From: Octopus sinensis
Lineage: Eukaryota
Length of the DNA stretch: 64,000 bases
Assembly (NCBI RefSeq): GCF_006345805.1
Contig: NC_042997.1
Location: forward strand, 149,172,001-149,236,000
Direction of reading: 5' to 3'
Both the position numbers and the translations under genes were made by a program. A model generated the notes under the pieces. It was not told where the DNA came from and made no database searches. It saw only the letters and a list, made by a program, of their open reading frames with translations. Below, one piece after another: positions 13,569 to 26,747 of the stretch; the first letter of the stretch is position 1; each line of letters starts with the position of its first letter.

Positions 13569-15595
13569 CCGTATTTTCCGGCACATTGGACTCACCCTCA
13601 CGTAAGGCACACACCTACTTTACAAGGATATTTGGCGGAAAAACAAACAAACAATTTTAGCATGTTTCGCCATACATTTATTGAAAGATATTTTAAAGTG
13701 ATATGGGAGGGAAAGTTGTATGATTATGTACATGAAATACAATATTGTGATAGTATACAGGAATAAAGTATGAAATCATACGTAACTTTATACTCGTCTT
13801 TAAAGAATGCAGTTGTATCTAGATCATCATTATCTTCTTCAAACAATAAGACCTCAGTACCACCGAGGGCATCACTAATGCCACATTTTTTATATGATCT
13901 CACATCTACCTCTTCTTTTACAGCATTTCATGAACATTTTTACCCACTCACACACCTGTATAATAGTAGGCCTCTTCCCTTGTTCGTGTTGGTTTCACTT
14001 TAAAACCTAAAGAGTGTAACCACTTACTCTACTCCTCCCAATAGTTTATTGACTGAAACATGTGAAGGCTGTAACTGGCTGTTAAGCCTCCTGGAATTTC
14101 AGCTAAGTGGGTCCTTAGTTCTCCAGGTTTCGCAAAGCAGGCTCAGTTCTATGAACTCGAAACTGGTCCCAAACCAATAAGGGACGTATCTTTAATAGTC
14201 AACCATGACGCCTGGACCGTACTTTATCCTGCAACAATGTCATTCTTCCCTCATTCATCTAATCTTTTGAGTGGACATGAACATAATTGCAGTTGGGTAT
14301 CTTTTCTTTAGGAAATGTCCTTCTTTTAAAAATTAATAAAATGTGACAGTTTTGTGCCATCACCACAACATGCTAGCACAACTGTGTTGTGTGTCTTTTC
14401 AAGGCAGCATGTTTTAACAATCACAGTTTTTGCATCCTTGGATTCTACCATCTTGTTTGATGACACATCAAATGTCAAAATATCTTCGTCCATAGTTGCT
14501 GTCTGTGAATGTTCAAAATTAACTACTTTTCTTGCATTAGTGATATACGTGTGAAAGTTAAGTATTTGATCTTCGTATTCTGAGGACGTTTTTTGTGCTA
14601 TTCCTTTCCAAGCCTTTAAACAGGTTATTTCTCCCCCTAAATCTGGAAGACCAGGATGTTAACCCTTTAAGATCATTGATTTCTCTGTCCGTTGTTATAA
14701 GTCTTGAATGGTACATACCATTTTAATTGTTACTGAAAATCTCGAACTTCTTTGATCGAAAACATGTTTTAATTCTTCTTCTGGTTCAAACCACTTTACA
14801 ACTCCATTACAGATGGAATGTCTGCTACGTTTAGCAGCTTTCAGCTGCTCTTCTTATTTCCTCCAAGTCCTTATCATTTTACCAGTTGGTGATGGAACAA
14901 AGTACCTAGCAGCTGCCCTTTGTTTTAGCAATGAGTTTGGAACATGTATAAAATTAACTGTACACTTACCGGTACATTATCGGTACCCCAACTCCTCTTG
15001 ACCTCTTTCAGTACTGCTGAATATATTTTTTAGTATTCTGGGCAACAGAATTACTATATAGGATGTGAAACTCGTATTTCTGGAAGTGATGATTTTTGTT
15101 ACTGCGACGGGCCACAATATGGAAAAAGAGGGAAAAAAGTCTGATGGAGCCAAACACAAATGAATTGAATGACCCAGAAAGTAGTAACACAATAAGAAGG
15201 AGGCACTGTTGTAAAGGCGAAGCCTCCGGTACACCATCTGATCTGATCATTGCAAATGGTTGCCAGGACATGTAGATGTCAGTTTCCATAATAAAACGTG
15301 CGTAGCTGTTCTGGAGCTGCTTACACACCTGGTAATCGTTTTGCTTATTTAATGTTTAAAACACAGGTGTTCGTGAGATGTGCTAAAATGGTAGCTAAAT
15401 AAGTCATAAACACGCACCAATTTTTGTTTTGTCTTTTTCATAATCAAATGATTTCCTGTGTGTAGAATACATATTCACAAAAATATTCTGAAATTTCCAA
15501 TAAATAAAGAAATTATGGGCGCACAAAGCAGAATTCCGCCAATATTTAATTTGTCTACTGCTGACAACACGCGGAGTCACGTACAAAATTACAGC
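13569..15595 (-). mobile_element. Decayed pogo/Tc2-type DNA transposon (POGK-like transposase pseudogene)
   Basis: Minus-strand pieces read AQKTSSEYEDQILNFH..., MDEDILTFDVSSNKMV...EKTHNTVVLACCGDGTKL, LVWDQFRVH, IPGGL..QLQP and KKCGISDALGGTE, all typical pogo DDE blocks. A TIR-like CCGTATTTTCCGGC starts at 13569. The right end is only tentatively placed. Confidence 0.8.
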
Positions 15596-15769
15596 TTCCA
15601 AATCCTGTTTTATGACTGGGTTAAAAATGATCAACCATTAAATCTTCATAAATTTAAAAAAAATACCCGTAAAAGTGAATTCGACCCTGAGATTCAGACT
15701 GGAACATTATATCAAGAAATGATATTTAAAATTGTTCACTAAAGTTAGAAATTTCCACAAGTGCAGTGA

Positions 15770-18514
15770 AACAGAAATGATCCTCACACCCCAGGTCCTC
15801 TTGTCATACTCAAACTCGGTGTGTGACACACTAATTGTACATATTAGGCAACTTGATGTAGTTGTGTGTGCTACATATCGCCCTCCAGATGCCCCAAGCC
15901 ATGTGGGCAAGTTTGAAGACTGCCTTATAAAAATAGAAGAAATTCTAACCACATTAGAACAACACATAGGTCTGCTTCTTATGGGAGACTTCAATCTGCC
16001 CAATGTCAGATGGCCCGAGGGCCTTTCTCTCCCAGGAATGAAAAGATGTGAACGAGGACAGGCGAGGTCCCTCCTGAACCTCATCAACACCCTGTACATG
16101 GAGCAGGTAATACTCCAACCAACCAGGGCAGGTAACACACTGGATCTCTGCTTCACAAATGACATGGATCTCATCCATAATGTGAAAGTGACACCGACAC
16201 TACTCTCGGATCACAACATGATAGAGCTGACCATGTACGGGCCAAAAGAGAGCACGGACATGCAGCCTACAAGAAACCCCCAGAATCTTTCCAGCTTAAA
16301 CTAACATAAGGCAAACTGGAAACAAATTGAGAAAGAGATCCTCAAACAAAACTGGCCTAAATGTCTCTCCTCGCCAGACATCGACGTGAAACTTCAACAA
16401 TTCATGTCTGTAATGCAAGTCATATGCTACAAATGTGTCCCAGAGAGAAAGGCCACTGTACACAAGAACAAAATCCCCAGAGAGAGGAAAATTTTAATGA
16501 GACGGCGTACGAAATTTTCAAATCGCCTAAACAAACAGATTGAAAGCAGTGAAAAGTCCCGCCTAAAAATAAAACTGTTGGAAATCGAAAAATGTCTGCA
16601 ACTCTCCCATGAAAAAGAAAGAGCAGACAAAGAAGCCTGGGCTATAGAAAACATAAAATCTAACCCCAGAGCTTTCTACAGGTATGCCAAAGAAACAGCT
16701 ACAGTGCACTGTAGAATAGGGCCACTCCTTGAAAAGGATGGCACACTTACAGGAAAACCAATGAGGGTAAGTGAAATACTGAATGAGCAATTCAAGAGTG
16801 TTTTCACTCCACCCCTTGGGCATCTCCAAATCACCAATCCAACTGACTTTTTTACCACTGCAGATATAAAATCAGAGGCGGCGACGATAGATTACATCGA
16901 TATAAAGGAAGACGATGTAACCAAGGCTATAGATGAATGAAAACAGACTCAGCTACTGGCCCCGATGGATTCCCGGCAATCCTCCTAAAAGCATGTAAGA
17001 GAGTCCTAGCAAGACCACTGCAGTTCCTCTTTCAGAGCTTCCTTGCAGCTGGCAAACTTCCAGGAAACCTGAAGGAAGGTAAAATATGCCCCATTCATAA
17101 AGGAGGTAGCAGAGCGGAAGCCAAGAACTATAGACCTATCTCTCTGACCTCACACATCAGCAAGGTCATGGAACGAATAGTCAGAAGGAAGCTGATCACC
17201 TTCCTTGAAGAGAATGACTTGCTGCCCGACACCCAACATGGTTTCCGACCAGGGAGAAGCTGTTTAACTCAGCTCCTACAACACTATGACTGGGTGCTGA
17301 AACGGCTGCTCAACCACTCAAATGTGGAAGTCATATATCTCGACTTTGCAAAGGCCTTTGATAAAGTCGATCATGGAATGATATGTCACAAACTGCGTGA
17401 TCTCAACATAGTTGGAAAACTGGGAGAATGGCTTCATGACTTTCTGAAGGATAGAAGTCAGGTGGTAGTAGCCAATGGGGCCACCTCCATTAACACACAA
17501 ATAGTGAGCGGTGTTCCGCAGGGCACTGTTCTGGGACCACTACTGTTCATAATGGCCCTCTCAGACATGCCCTCAGCCACGCAGAGAGCCACGATCACAA
17601 GTTATGCAGATGATACAAAAGTTTCACAGGCAATACAGAACCCTGAGGACACTAAACACCTGCAATGTGAGCTGGACGAAATATACAAGTGGGCTGAAAA
17701 GAATAGCATGCAGTTCAATGCTGGAAAGTTTCAAGCTTTATACTATCAGCATGCAAAACTGAATGCAATACCCAATGAATACACTGGACCCGGAGGGATT
17801 GCAATCCCAGAGGCACGATCAGTGCGTGACCTGGGTATTCACATGAGTGATGACGCGACCTTTCATGTACATGTTGCTAAACTGACACTGAAATGTAGAC
17901 GGCTGGCTGGATGGATTCTTAGAACCTTTAGAACAAGAGAACGAGAAACCATGATGGTCCTCTGGAAGACACTTGTCCTAAGCCACTTTGACTATTGCTC
18001 TCAGCTATGGTCACCATCCAGTGTCAAGTTGATCACAGAACTTGAGGCGATCCAACGAAGCTACACAAAGAAGATAGCCTCTATGCAGAATGTAAGCTAC
18101 TGGGAATGACTCAAGAGATTAAAATTATATTCCCTGGAGCGTAGGCGGGAAAGATATGCCATAATATACATCTGGAAGATCCTGGGGGGAAGTGTCCTGA
18201 ACTTTGGCATCGAGAGTTACGCAAATGCCAGAACTGGGCGCCACTGCGTGGTGCCTAGGACTCCAAACCTGCCATCAAGATGTAGGACAAGATTCTGTGA
18301 TAGCCTGGGCTTCCGAGGCCCACAGCTCTTCAATATCCTCCCGAAGAACCTGAGAGACCTGCATGAGGTGGATACAGATGTCTTTAAAATGAAGCTGGAT
18401 CTCTTCCTGTCAGGTGTCCCAGATGAACCAACTTCACGGCAGGAGGGGCAGATGAGGGCAGCTGCATCGAACTCTCTCATGCACCAAATAGCAGTTGCTA
18501 GAAAGCCTCCATGA
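15770..18514 (+). pseudogene. LINE ORF2 with three visible lesions
   Basis: In-frame TAA at 16302-16304, a 1-nt frameshift at about 16937, and in-frame TGA at 18107-18109. The ORF-track segments otherwise chain into one ORF. Confidence 0.85.
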
Positions 18515-18599
18515 AGTGAAACCAAGTAGCAACACCAAATGGCGGTGCCCCAGCATGGCCACAGCTCATAAGCTGAAACTAGAATCAATCAATCAATCA
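15770..18599 (+). mobile_element. 5'-truncated non-LTR retrotransposon, CR1/L2 group (APE + RT), with (AATC)n tail
   Basis: APE motifs YRPP, GDFNLP and SDHN; RT motifs QHGFRPGRSC, YLDFAKAFDKVDH, GVPQGTVLGPLLF and YADD. The 3' UTR ends in AATC repeats at about 18583-18599. No TSD was seen. Confidence 0.95.
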
Positions 18600-20174
18600 T
18601 ATCTTCTATGTCGATATCTTCTTATTTAACATGACCGTGTACTTATACTATGGATGTAAACACACTACGTTATTGTGAATAACGTTACCACATCGTAGGA
18701 TGTATGTAATTTCTGTGTTACAATTTATCACCGATGAATATCAAGCCGTCAATCATAGCCGCTAAGATCTGGTCCGTTATGGTATTATTAGGAAGTTGCT
18801 TGCTAGTATAAAAAGTTCTTGCTGTTGCCGAAATATATATTCCCCATCACAACTGGTGTTCATTTGAAGAATATTTCGTGAACTAATATCACAGACTAAA
18901 TATTTTCAATGATAGTTTATTTTAATTTTTATTTTATTTCCTACTTCAAAACTACATATCAGGCTTACATACGCCACGAAAACGTATGCCGTATTTGCAA
19001 GTGTAAGACTTTACTGGTATATATTGTTTTCGGTTCTAATATGAATCATCTGTCTATTGTTCTTAACCCTTGCCATATGATATCGAATCGATAACCCTGA
19101 TATGGTTTGCGAAAACAACTTAAGTTCGAGTTGTTATTCCATATTTACAGAACATGAAATATGCTGGTGACATAAAGAATCCGAAAACTGACCAGCTTAC
19201 AAAACTTGACATTTTAAGAAACTTATGTCCTGATTCTGGTGGAGATAGGGAAATTTTGTGAATTTATGTTTTGGGTAGTTAATAATAAGCCTGAAAATAG
19301 CCTTCAAATCTAGCTGACAATTCTTCGTGTATTTGCTCTCTAATGAGATTACTTTCAGACATTGACCGCCCTTCCGCTAACAATTAAATTTACATCTTGA
19401 CATTTTAAACAAGCACTATCAGTATCAGGTTTCCATTTTGTGACAGAAGTTCTTATAAGTTTGAGTACTTCCTAAGTGTTTGGAAGAAGATAATTAGAAC
19501 TACTTTCGAAGTATATAGGCTACTGTTGCCAGTAAGAACATCCGAACCGAGTTATACTTGTCTTCAAATCATGTATGCAACTAATTTATATTTGTGCCAC
19601 CATAAAGCAAGATAGTACAATCATTTAATATGCACAGACGCACAAACGTATACATGCACTCACGCAAACACTCACACACCTTTCATTACAAAACTGTTGC
19701 TACAGCTTCGGTTGCCATGGAAGTACATTCGAAAGTTCTGTAAATATAGTTACCGCCAGAGCATTTATGAATCATCTATTTACGTTTACGTAACTATAGT
19801 GAAATAATTACAAACATTTATATGTATATATACATATATGTGTGTGTGTGTGTGTATGTGTGTGTGTGTCATTAAAGACCTAAGAGAAAAGTGGAGATTT
19901 ATTCACATCCAATATGTTTTATACAAAAAGTTTTCTACAGTGTATATAACAATGATCAACATATGGCAGCAACTACACACTGTTCCGTATGCAATTATGC
20001 ATCCTAGTCGCTGCAATTTCATCAAAGATCAATCACTTTCGGCGTTTTCAAAGTGAACTAATTCAATCAAGATTCAGTTGAAGATTATAGCGTTAATTTT
20101 TAAATCAAATTTTAATCGCCTCTATTAGTATTAAAGTTGAATTGTGGTTTATAAAATGTTCATTCTTATTGCAG

Positions 20175-20231
20175 GCAACTGTAGCAGTTTTGTTTAACTT
20201 TTACTGTATAGAGTTCATTATCTGCTCAGAG
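20175..20231 (+). CDS. Putative exon (ATVAVLFNFYCIEFIICSE)
   Basis: Acceptor ttcattcttattgcag, donor GAG|gtaatt, 57 nt, only frame 0 open. Confidence 0.55.
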
Positions 20232-20384
20232 GTAATTATCTTATGTTTGGGTATATACTCTTAATTAATATTATTGTTGTTATTATTACTAAAATTATTT
20301 TAGTATTATTCATAAAAATATGATTATCACAATCATTACGTAAACCAATATAATTACTATAGTGGTAATTTATGTTTCTTTAAC

Positions 20385-20873
20385 TCGTTTAAGCGTATAT
20401 TTCATCGAAGTCGGCATCTCATGGCATGTTCCTGTCTACAGTATATAATAGTTTATAATAGTATATTTAGTATAGTATAGTTTATAATAGTATATTTAGT
20501 ATAGTATAGTTTATAATAGTATATTTAGTATAGTATAGTTTATAATAGTATATTTAGTATAGTATAGTTTATAATAGTATATTTAGTATAGTATAGTTTA
20601 TAATAGTATATTTAGTATAGTATAGTTTATAATAGTATATTTAGAAAAGAGAATTTGGTACACTTCCTCCACAAGGAGGAAATGTAAATTTCTACAATGT
20701 TTTGATTTACTAATAATATCCCACGCAGTCGAAAATAATTTGTATCTATCTTTTTGTGTCCTTAGCTTACTAAGGCTGGTATTATACATTTTGTCCCAAT
20801 TTCTAAATGAATTTAAATGACGGGCAATTTTCCGCTTAATATAACATGACCGAGATCCTATATATATATTCAT
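20385..20873 (-). mobile_element. Fragment of a second Penelope-like element (GIY-YIG endonuclease C-terminal half)
   Basis: ORF 20598..20873 reads IYIGSRSCYIKRKIARHLNSFRN...NTSLSK...WDIISK...EEVYQILF and aligns by eye with the endonuclease at 53.5-53.8 kb. An RQEHAMRCR-like terminus resumes beyond the tandem array. Confidence 0.65.
20452..20644. repeat. 29-bp minisatellite, about 6.6 copies
   Basis: The unit TTTATAATAGTATATTTAGTATAGTATAG is repeated essentially perfectly. Confidence 0.95.
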
Positions 20874-20981
20874 ATGCGTATATTCAATTTAATTATGTAT
20901 ACATGTGTGATTGAGTGATTGCATTCGTATATAATTCTAAACATTTGAATGAATTTATTATATAGTCATTATATTGTAATA

Positions 20982-21146
20982 GGTGCAGGCGTTGCTAGGT
21001 GGTAAGAAATTTGCTTCCTACCTACAAGTTTCTGGGTTCAATTGCACTGCGTGGTACATTAGGCAGGTGTCTTCTATTATAGGCTCGGTTCGACCAAACC
21101 CTTGTGAGTGGATTTGGTGGATGGACATTGAAAGAATCCCATCGTG

Positions 21147-21150
<4 letters not shown>
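20982..21150 (+). mobile_element. Diverged SINE 5' half
   Basis: GGTGCAGGCGTTGCTAGGTGGTAAG...GGGTTCAATTGCACTGCGTGG...CCTTGTGAGTGGATTTGG, homologous to the 12.2-12.6 kb SINE. Confidence 0.8.
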
Positions 21151-21203
<53 letters not shown>

Positions 21204-22781
21204 ATATATATATATATATATACATACGCATACATTCGCACTTGTGTGTGTGTTTTCTGCACTACCACCGTTACGGAGAGACCAGTCCTTAAAAAACGTA
21301 TTCAGCTTCTAACCGTTTTCTGGAAGGCATTTTTATGGGAACGAGCAGTTTTTATTGCGCATTTCTTTTCGACCTCTACCATCCTGCCAATTTGGCTGCA
21401 GCTGAGGCTGGATTGCAACTTTCTCCCACCCTCCAAATAAACGCACGCACAAAATAACGAACGTGTATAGAGTGAAAATCTGAAGAAGTGTGTGGCTGAA
21501 AGATGAGTGCAATCTCGTACATTGCCTAAATCCACTGAAAAATGATGATGCCTAACCTAGTGCGCTTTTGCATCGAGGTATCCGAATTCTATGTTGTCAA
21601 GATTCAGATCTTGCTTCACTGTAACTCCTCGTGATATCGAAGGGAATCTATTTATTGAACGACTGATCGCATGTGACGCAATCAATAAATATGACGTGGG
21701 TCCAGTCAGAAACGATGATCAACATCACTTTCACATTTGAGCGACCTTGAAATGCTTTCTTTACCTACAGTGACGAAGGTGTTATCTACAGACATGGTGC
21801 TTTTGGCATCGACATGCATATTTCAACATCGATTATGACTCTTTCCAGTGCATGTTCATTAGTATTCAAACAATCAAATAACCCGCAAATGTATTTAACT
21901 TGCTTACATTTTTCAGCTCAGATTTAGGAGCTACTCAATCAATCATATATACTTTAGCATCACGTGACAGAAGATTCTATAGACATCTTTTCTTTTGAAA
22001 TCTCCGTAGAAGTCATATTATGATTTCCGTGGTGCGCTGTTCGCAGTTTGACAATGTGATTGCAGTGCATTGTCTTCAAATATCGCTCAGATTTCGGAGC
22101 AATACATATGATTCAGTTAATCTTTCAACCATGAATGATACAATGCTACAAAGGTCTTATTATTTTTTCCCAACTTGAAATTGATGTCCACGTATATTCG
22201 TTATTTATCAAAACCTCTTACGCTTAAATTTATCAAAAGTCACCAACCAAATTAAATAAACATTCGTTCTACTACCTGTATCTCGGTAACTAGCTCTAAC
22301 GTGGTACGGCAATCCTCTTATTAAACGGGCCTTGAATAAACGATACATAACATTGATGTAAGTGCGTGGTTTTAAAAACTTGTTTCTACTGGATGAACTT
22401 CATACATTCAACATCTCTCTCTCTCTCTCTCCCCCACACACATATAAATGTATACACTTCAGCAATGTAACTAGACGTGACCTGTTGATGATAACTTCCC
22501 CTCCTCTGTCTTCTTATTTCCCCTTCTCCTTTCCGACGAAGAGCTTTGCTTGAAACGTTAAACGCACTCCTTCAACCGAGCGGATGATTTTCTCTTTTGC
22601 ATTTTCTATCTGTATATTTGAAGACGGGAGTGTAAACAACAAAGAGATGTATTAGTTAAACGCTCGGGAAGTGAGAAAGTATTTTACGTTTCGAGCCTAC
22701 GCTCTGCGACAGAATGGAGCACAGAAATAAATAGGGAGAGAAAATAAAAAAAGGTCTAGTGGCTAGCGGTCTATCATGGCG

Positions 22782-22813
<32 letters not shown>

Positions 22814-23861
22814 CAACAATCAAGGAACGGCCATAATAGGCCATTCACCCACTAGAAATAACAGCCAAAGCTTCAACCGCAAATAAAAATTAATTCCGTA
22901 AACCAGGAGAAAATTTAAAAAACATTTACATTATATATATAATTTGTTAACGGTGTTCATGAATTAATAGATCCATATGTTTTAAGACGATGAATTTGTT
23001 ACAAACAGAATGGATCGGAACATTATCCATTATAATACGTGTATTTGTAGATTAGTAACTTTTCACTCGAAGAAAAATTACAGATATAATATTCAAACAT
23101 GTCTCTTCATAAGGCAAAACATTTTCTCGTGGATAGGCGGGATCTAAGAGGAAATGCAGATAAATTAATGTTTATAATCTGGTACCTAGTGTAATTTTAG
23201 CTAAGAAGTCGGTTGCTATCTTTTCATGAGTTTAAATAGGAAAATATCAACAGGTTAATAGAACTCAGTGTCAATATGACAGTTATTGAATTGAGTCAAG
23301 ATGGTGCTAAGCAGAGTACATCACCTCATCGTAGTGACAGGAATAGGTTTAAAGTTAATTAGGAGTCAGAATGCTGTAAGTGGATGAGGTTGTGTCTGTT
23401 GCCTTTGTTGTATTTATGGGGCGGTGTAGGGAGTTAGTGGTGAGGGAAATCTAGGTTACCGCTTGTCAAGTAGACGTATGTTAGCCAGGTAGTCGGCCAA
23501 GTTACAAGCTGTTTATGATTTTTCAAAATAAAGTTATCTCATTACAAACAATTTCTTAACTTACTGCTTCAGTTGGAATGCAATAGTGAATCGTAAAGCG
23601 TACAGTGATGATAAAACGGTCATAGTACATTCTCTCTGCACTCCTGTGCTTTCTTTACGCTTGTAGATCGGGTGGTTTCTACGAAGAAGGTAAGGCAAAT
23701 AGTCTCTGGCACTTCACGATATGTATGTTTCCATGTCCTATATATTCTATAGATGTTATAGCTGCATCTGTATTTGTGATTATTGCATACCACTGGAAGA
23801 CAATACGAGGAATGATATTTTAATAATGGTTTCAAATTTTGGCAGGACATCTGCAATTTTT

Positions 23862-24024
23862 CAAATCGATGCATCGACCTCCCAGTGTTCAACTAGTACT
23901 TATCGACCCTAAAAGTATGAGAGGAAAAATCTACGTATGCGGAATTTGAACTCATAGCATAAAGATGGACGAAATGCCGCTAAGCATTTTTCGTGCCCAG
24001 CGTGGTAACAATTCTGCCAGCTCG
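23862..24024 (-). mobile_element. Second SINE family (Deu/Nin-like core), diverged
   Basis: The reverse complement matches the head and core of the copy at 26748-26968. Confidence 0.65.
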
Positions 24025-24814
24025 AAACGAACAATTTATCTATATCTATAACTATATCTATAAAACAGTCCTTAGACGAAAATTGTATGCACATTTTGCT
24101 TTGACGGTTAATGGCGGCCAAACCGAGGCTAGGATCGAGCTGAAAATTGGCAGTGATACTAAATACGTGGTGATGATGAGACCCGGGATAGTTAAAATTT
24201 GCAAGTTATAAAGATATAGTTGCTATGGCAAAAAGAGTGATTTTGTATCGATTCAAGGGGAGCCCAGAGCCCCTCTAGGTTTGTGCGACTGGCTTTAATG
24301 CCCAGTGGCATGTACTGCAGGCTGTTGTGCTTAATAAACATAATGTTGTCTCGAAATTCCTGCTACTAGGTAACAATTTTTTATTGTGAAAAAACGAGTG
24401 CATTTTGCCCTCATTTTCTTTTTAATCTTTTTATAAAAGTGAAAGGATTTTGGCCATTTATTTTTGCTGTCCACTTACGACGGTGATTCAGTTGACTAAA
24501 AAAACTACGTATACATGATGAATATCAACATATTGAAACTGCATTAAACTTTGGCAAGCTTACCTTTACCTATTCTGAGTTACTTGAAAGGTGATGTTCC
24601 CTTCCCTCTCTTCTGATTGTTGATACCTTTTTTTACCTTTGATACAGTTGTTTCACTTTGAGGATGCTTCTTTACCCAGCCATTATGATATATCGACTGA
24701 TGTCCATTGTTTCAATGGGTGTTAGATAATAAGGCATTAAGACAAAAATGACACTCCTCAGACACAGCACAATAATAACAATCATATCTATTAAATATAC
24801 AATACCTAAAATTT

Positions 24815-24922
24815 AGCGGGTAGACATTACTTGATCAAATCAACATCAGTGTTCAACTGGTTTCTATTTCATTCACCCCGAAAGGAAGAAAGGCAAAATT
24901 GACCTGGGTGGAATTTGAACAA
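24815..24922 (-). mobile_element. Second SINE family fragment
   Basis: CCCCGAAAGGAAGAAAGGCAAAATTGACCTGGGTGGAATTTGAAC is the reverse complement of a B-box plus Nin-like core. Confidence 0.6.
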
Positions 24923-25238
24923 TCATGATAATAATAATGAGAAGGTTACAATTTGGATACAGATTCCTTAAAGCAAAGCTAAACAACAACGACTAACGTA
25001 GAAGTTGTCGCACAAAGTAACGTCCACTTGATTGCTGGGTCTTTAAGAAATAGCAACCAAAACCTCCCTCAAATAACACCTCATTGGGATAATTCTCAAA
25101 CTGTATGTTGTAAAAGTTATTTGCAAAATAGTAAATTCCGATAGTGCAAACATAGTACTCTAAAAATATTTCGGCACTACTTAAATGCGGAGGTCCCAAT
25201 GCATCCACGTAACGATATGTTTTTACAGTGCATACTAG

Positions 25239-25281
25239 TTAGGGTTAATTTTTAGGGTTAGTTTTAGGGTTAGGATTTAGG
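25239..25281 (+). repeat. Degenerate interstitial TTAGGG-like repeats
   Basis: TTAGGGTTAATTTTTAGGGTTAGTTTTAGGGTTAGGATTTAGG. A similar short run lies at about 26255-26280. Confidence 0.6.
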
Positions 25282-26747
25282 CTTTAAGGCCATGGTTCCC
25301 AACCGATTTTTGGCCATGTCTCACCGAATCATTTCTAAAATCCAGATGTCCCCTTGTGATATTTAACTTTTGTTAGTCAAAATTTGGTTAATGTTTACAA
25401 TATTACCCGGAAAGAAAAAAATAGTGCAGTCGGAGGTCGTTGTTGACAAACAATAGCTGTAATTTTATTCAACTAAATACACGCCATTGATTGGCTGAAA
25501 TTACCGAAATGCGACAAATTTAACAAAAATAACTTCCAAAATACAGAATTTTCTTAACAACGCCTAGATTAAAAGATGTTTTATGTGATACATTCTACCA
25601 GTATGCGAAGTTTGAAAGTGTTTAGTTCCAAAAAAATATTTTTTAAATCTGTCGGTCAAAAGGTAAAGATCCGAAATCTAAAGATCCCTATCTCTATCTA
25701 TCTATATATCTTTCTTAATTTCTTTCTTTCTTTTTTTTTCTTTCTTTCTATCTATCTATCTATATCTATCTGTCTGTCTGTCTCTCTTTTTCTGCCTCTT
25801 TCTCTTCCTTCACTGACGCTGCCTCTTATTTCCACTCCATTTCAAACCATTCAATTCTTTTATCCCTCAATGGCGCCAGAGATAAAATAGATAATAATCT
25901 TAGAAGCACGATCATCGTAAGTCTGTCTCCAGTTTATTTCTCTATAGGTAATTCAGATGCCATTGCTTTCAGTACTGACCAAATTACCTACATGTTTTCA
26001 CATACTACTAATTCGAAGAGTGTGACATCAGATCCGTAACAACAGGTCGTTTTCAAGAAGCTAAAAACGATCTGTTGTCTCTAAAATGTCCAAAATTTGA
26101 TAAAATTGTTCACAGAAGGGATATAAAGAATTTTTTTTAATAACCCATTCTTGATTTGCTCCATTTCTCTATTGGTGTACAAAACATTGTGTACAAAAGG
26201 TATAAAAATTCAGTATAACCCTACGCATGCCCCACGTTGGGAATGACGGGTTTCAGGTTAAGGGTTGGGGTTAGGGTTATACAGATGCATCGGGACCTCT
26301 ATATTAAGTAGTACCAAATTTCTATGTGTTTTGCCTCATAAGAACTCCGAAAAACGTGAAACGGGAAGAGATTGGGTGGGATGGGGTATAACTGAAATTT
26401 TGAAATGCCGATTTTTGGCAAGGGTATAGGGTGGTGTCGAGTTGGAGAAAAAGAGGTTATCTCTTTATTATAGGCACAAGGCCTGATATATAGAAGGGAT
26501 CTACAACGGACATGCGGGGACATAAAGACGGATGAAAAATGATAAATGAGATTAACATAAATATGATGCGAATGAGACAGCCGCCTCGCTCCCCCGCAAG
26601 ATGAACCGTGAATACCTTTACAATTAGACTTTACGATTAAATATCCTTTTAAACTTTACAATTAACTTAATAATTAGACTTTACACTTAACTTTAAAACT
26701 ACCTCTAGTATTTTATAAAACTGATTTCAAATTCTTTTTTTTTTTTA

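Noticed and set aside
19151-19257. Candidate exon NMKYAGDIKNPKTDQLTKLDILRNLCPDSGGDREI
   Set aside because: The frame is open but the donor is weak and its phase is incompatible with the next well-supported exon. Similar weak candidates at 36726, 37230, 39038, 40931 and 41100 were also left out.
21260-22100. Possible decayed mariner catalytic region (TVFWK-like motif)
   Set aside because: A single weak motif with no TIR or continuous homology that I can support.
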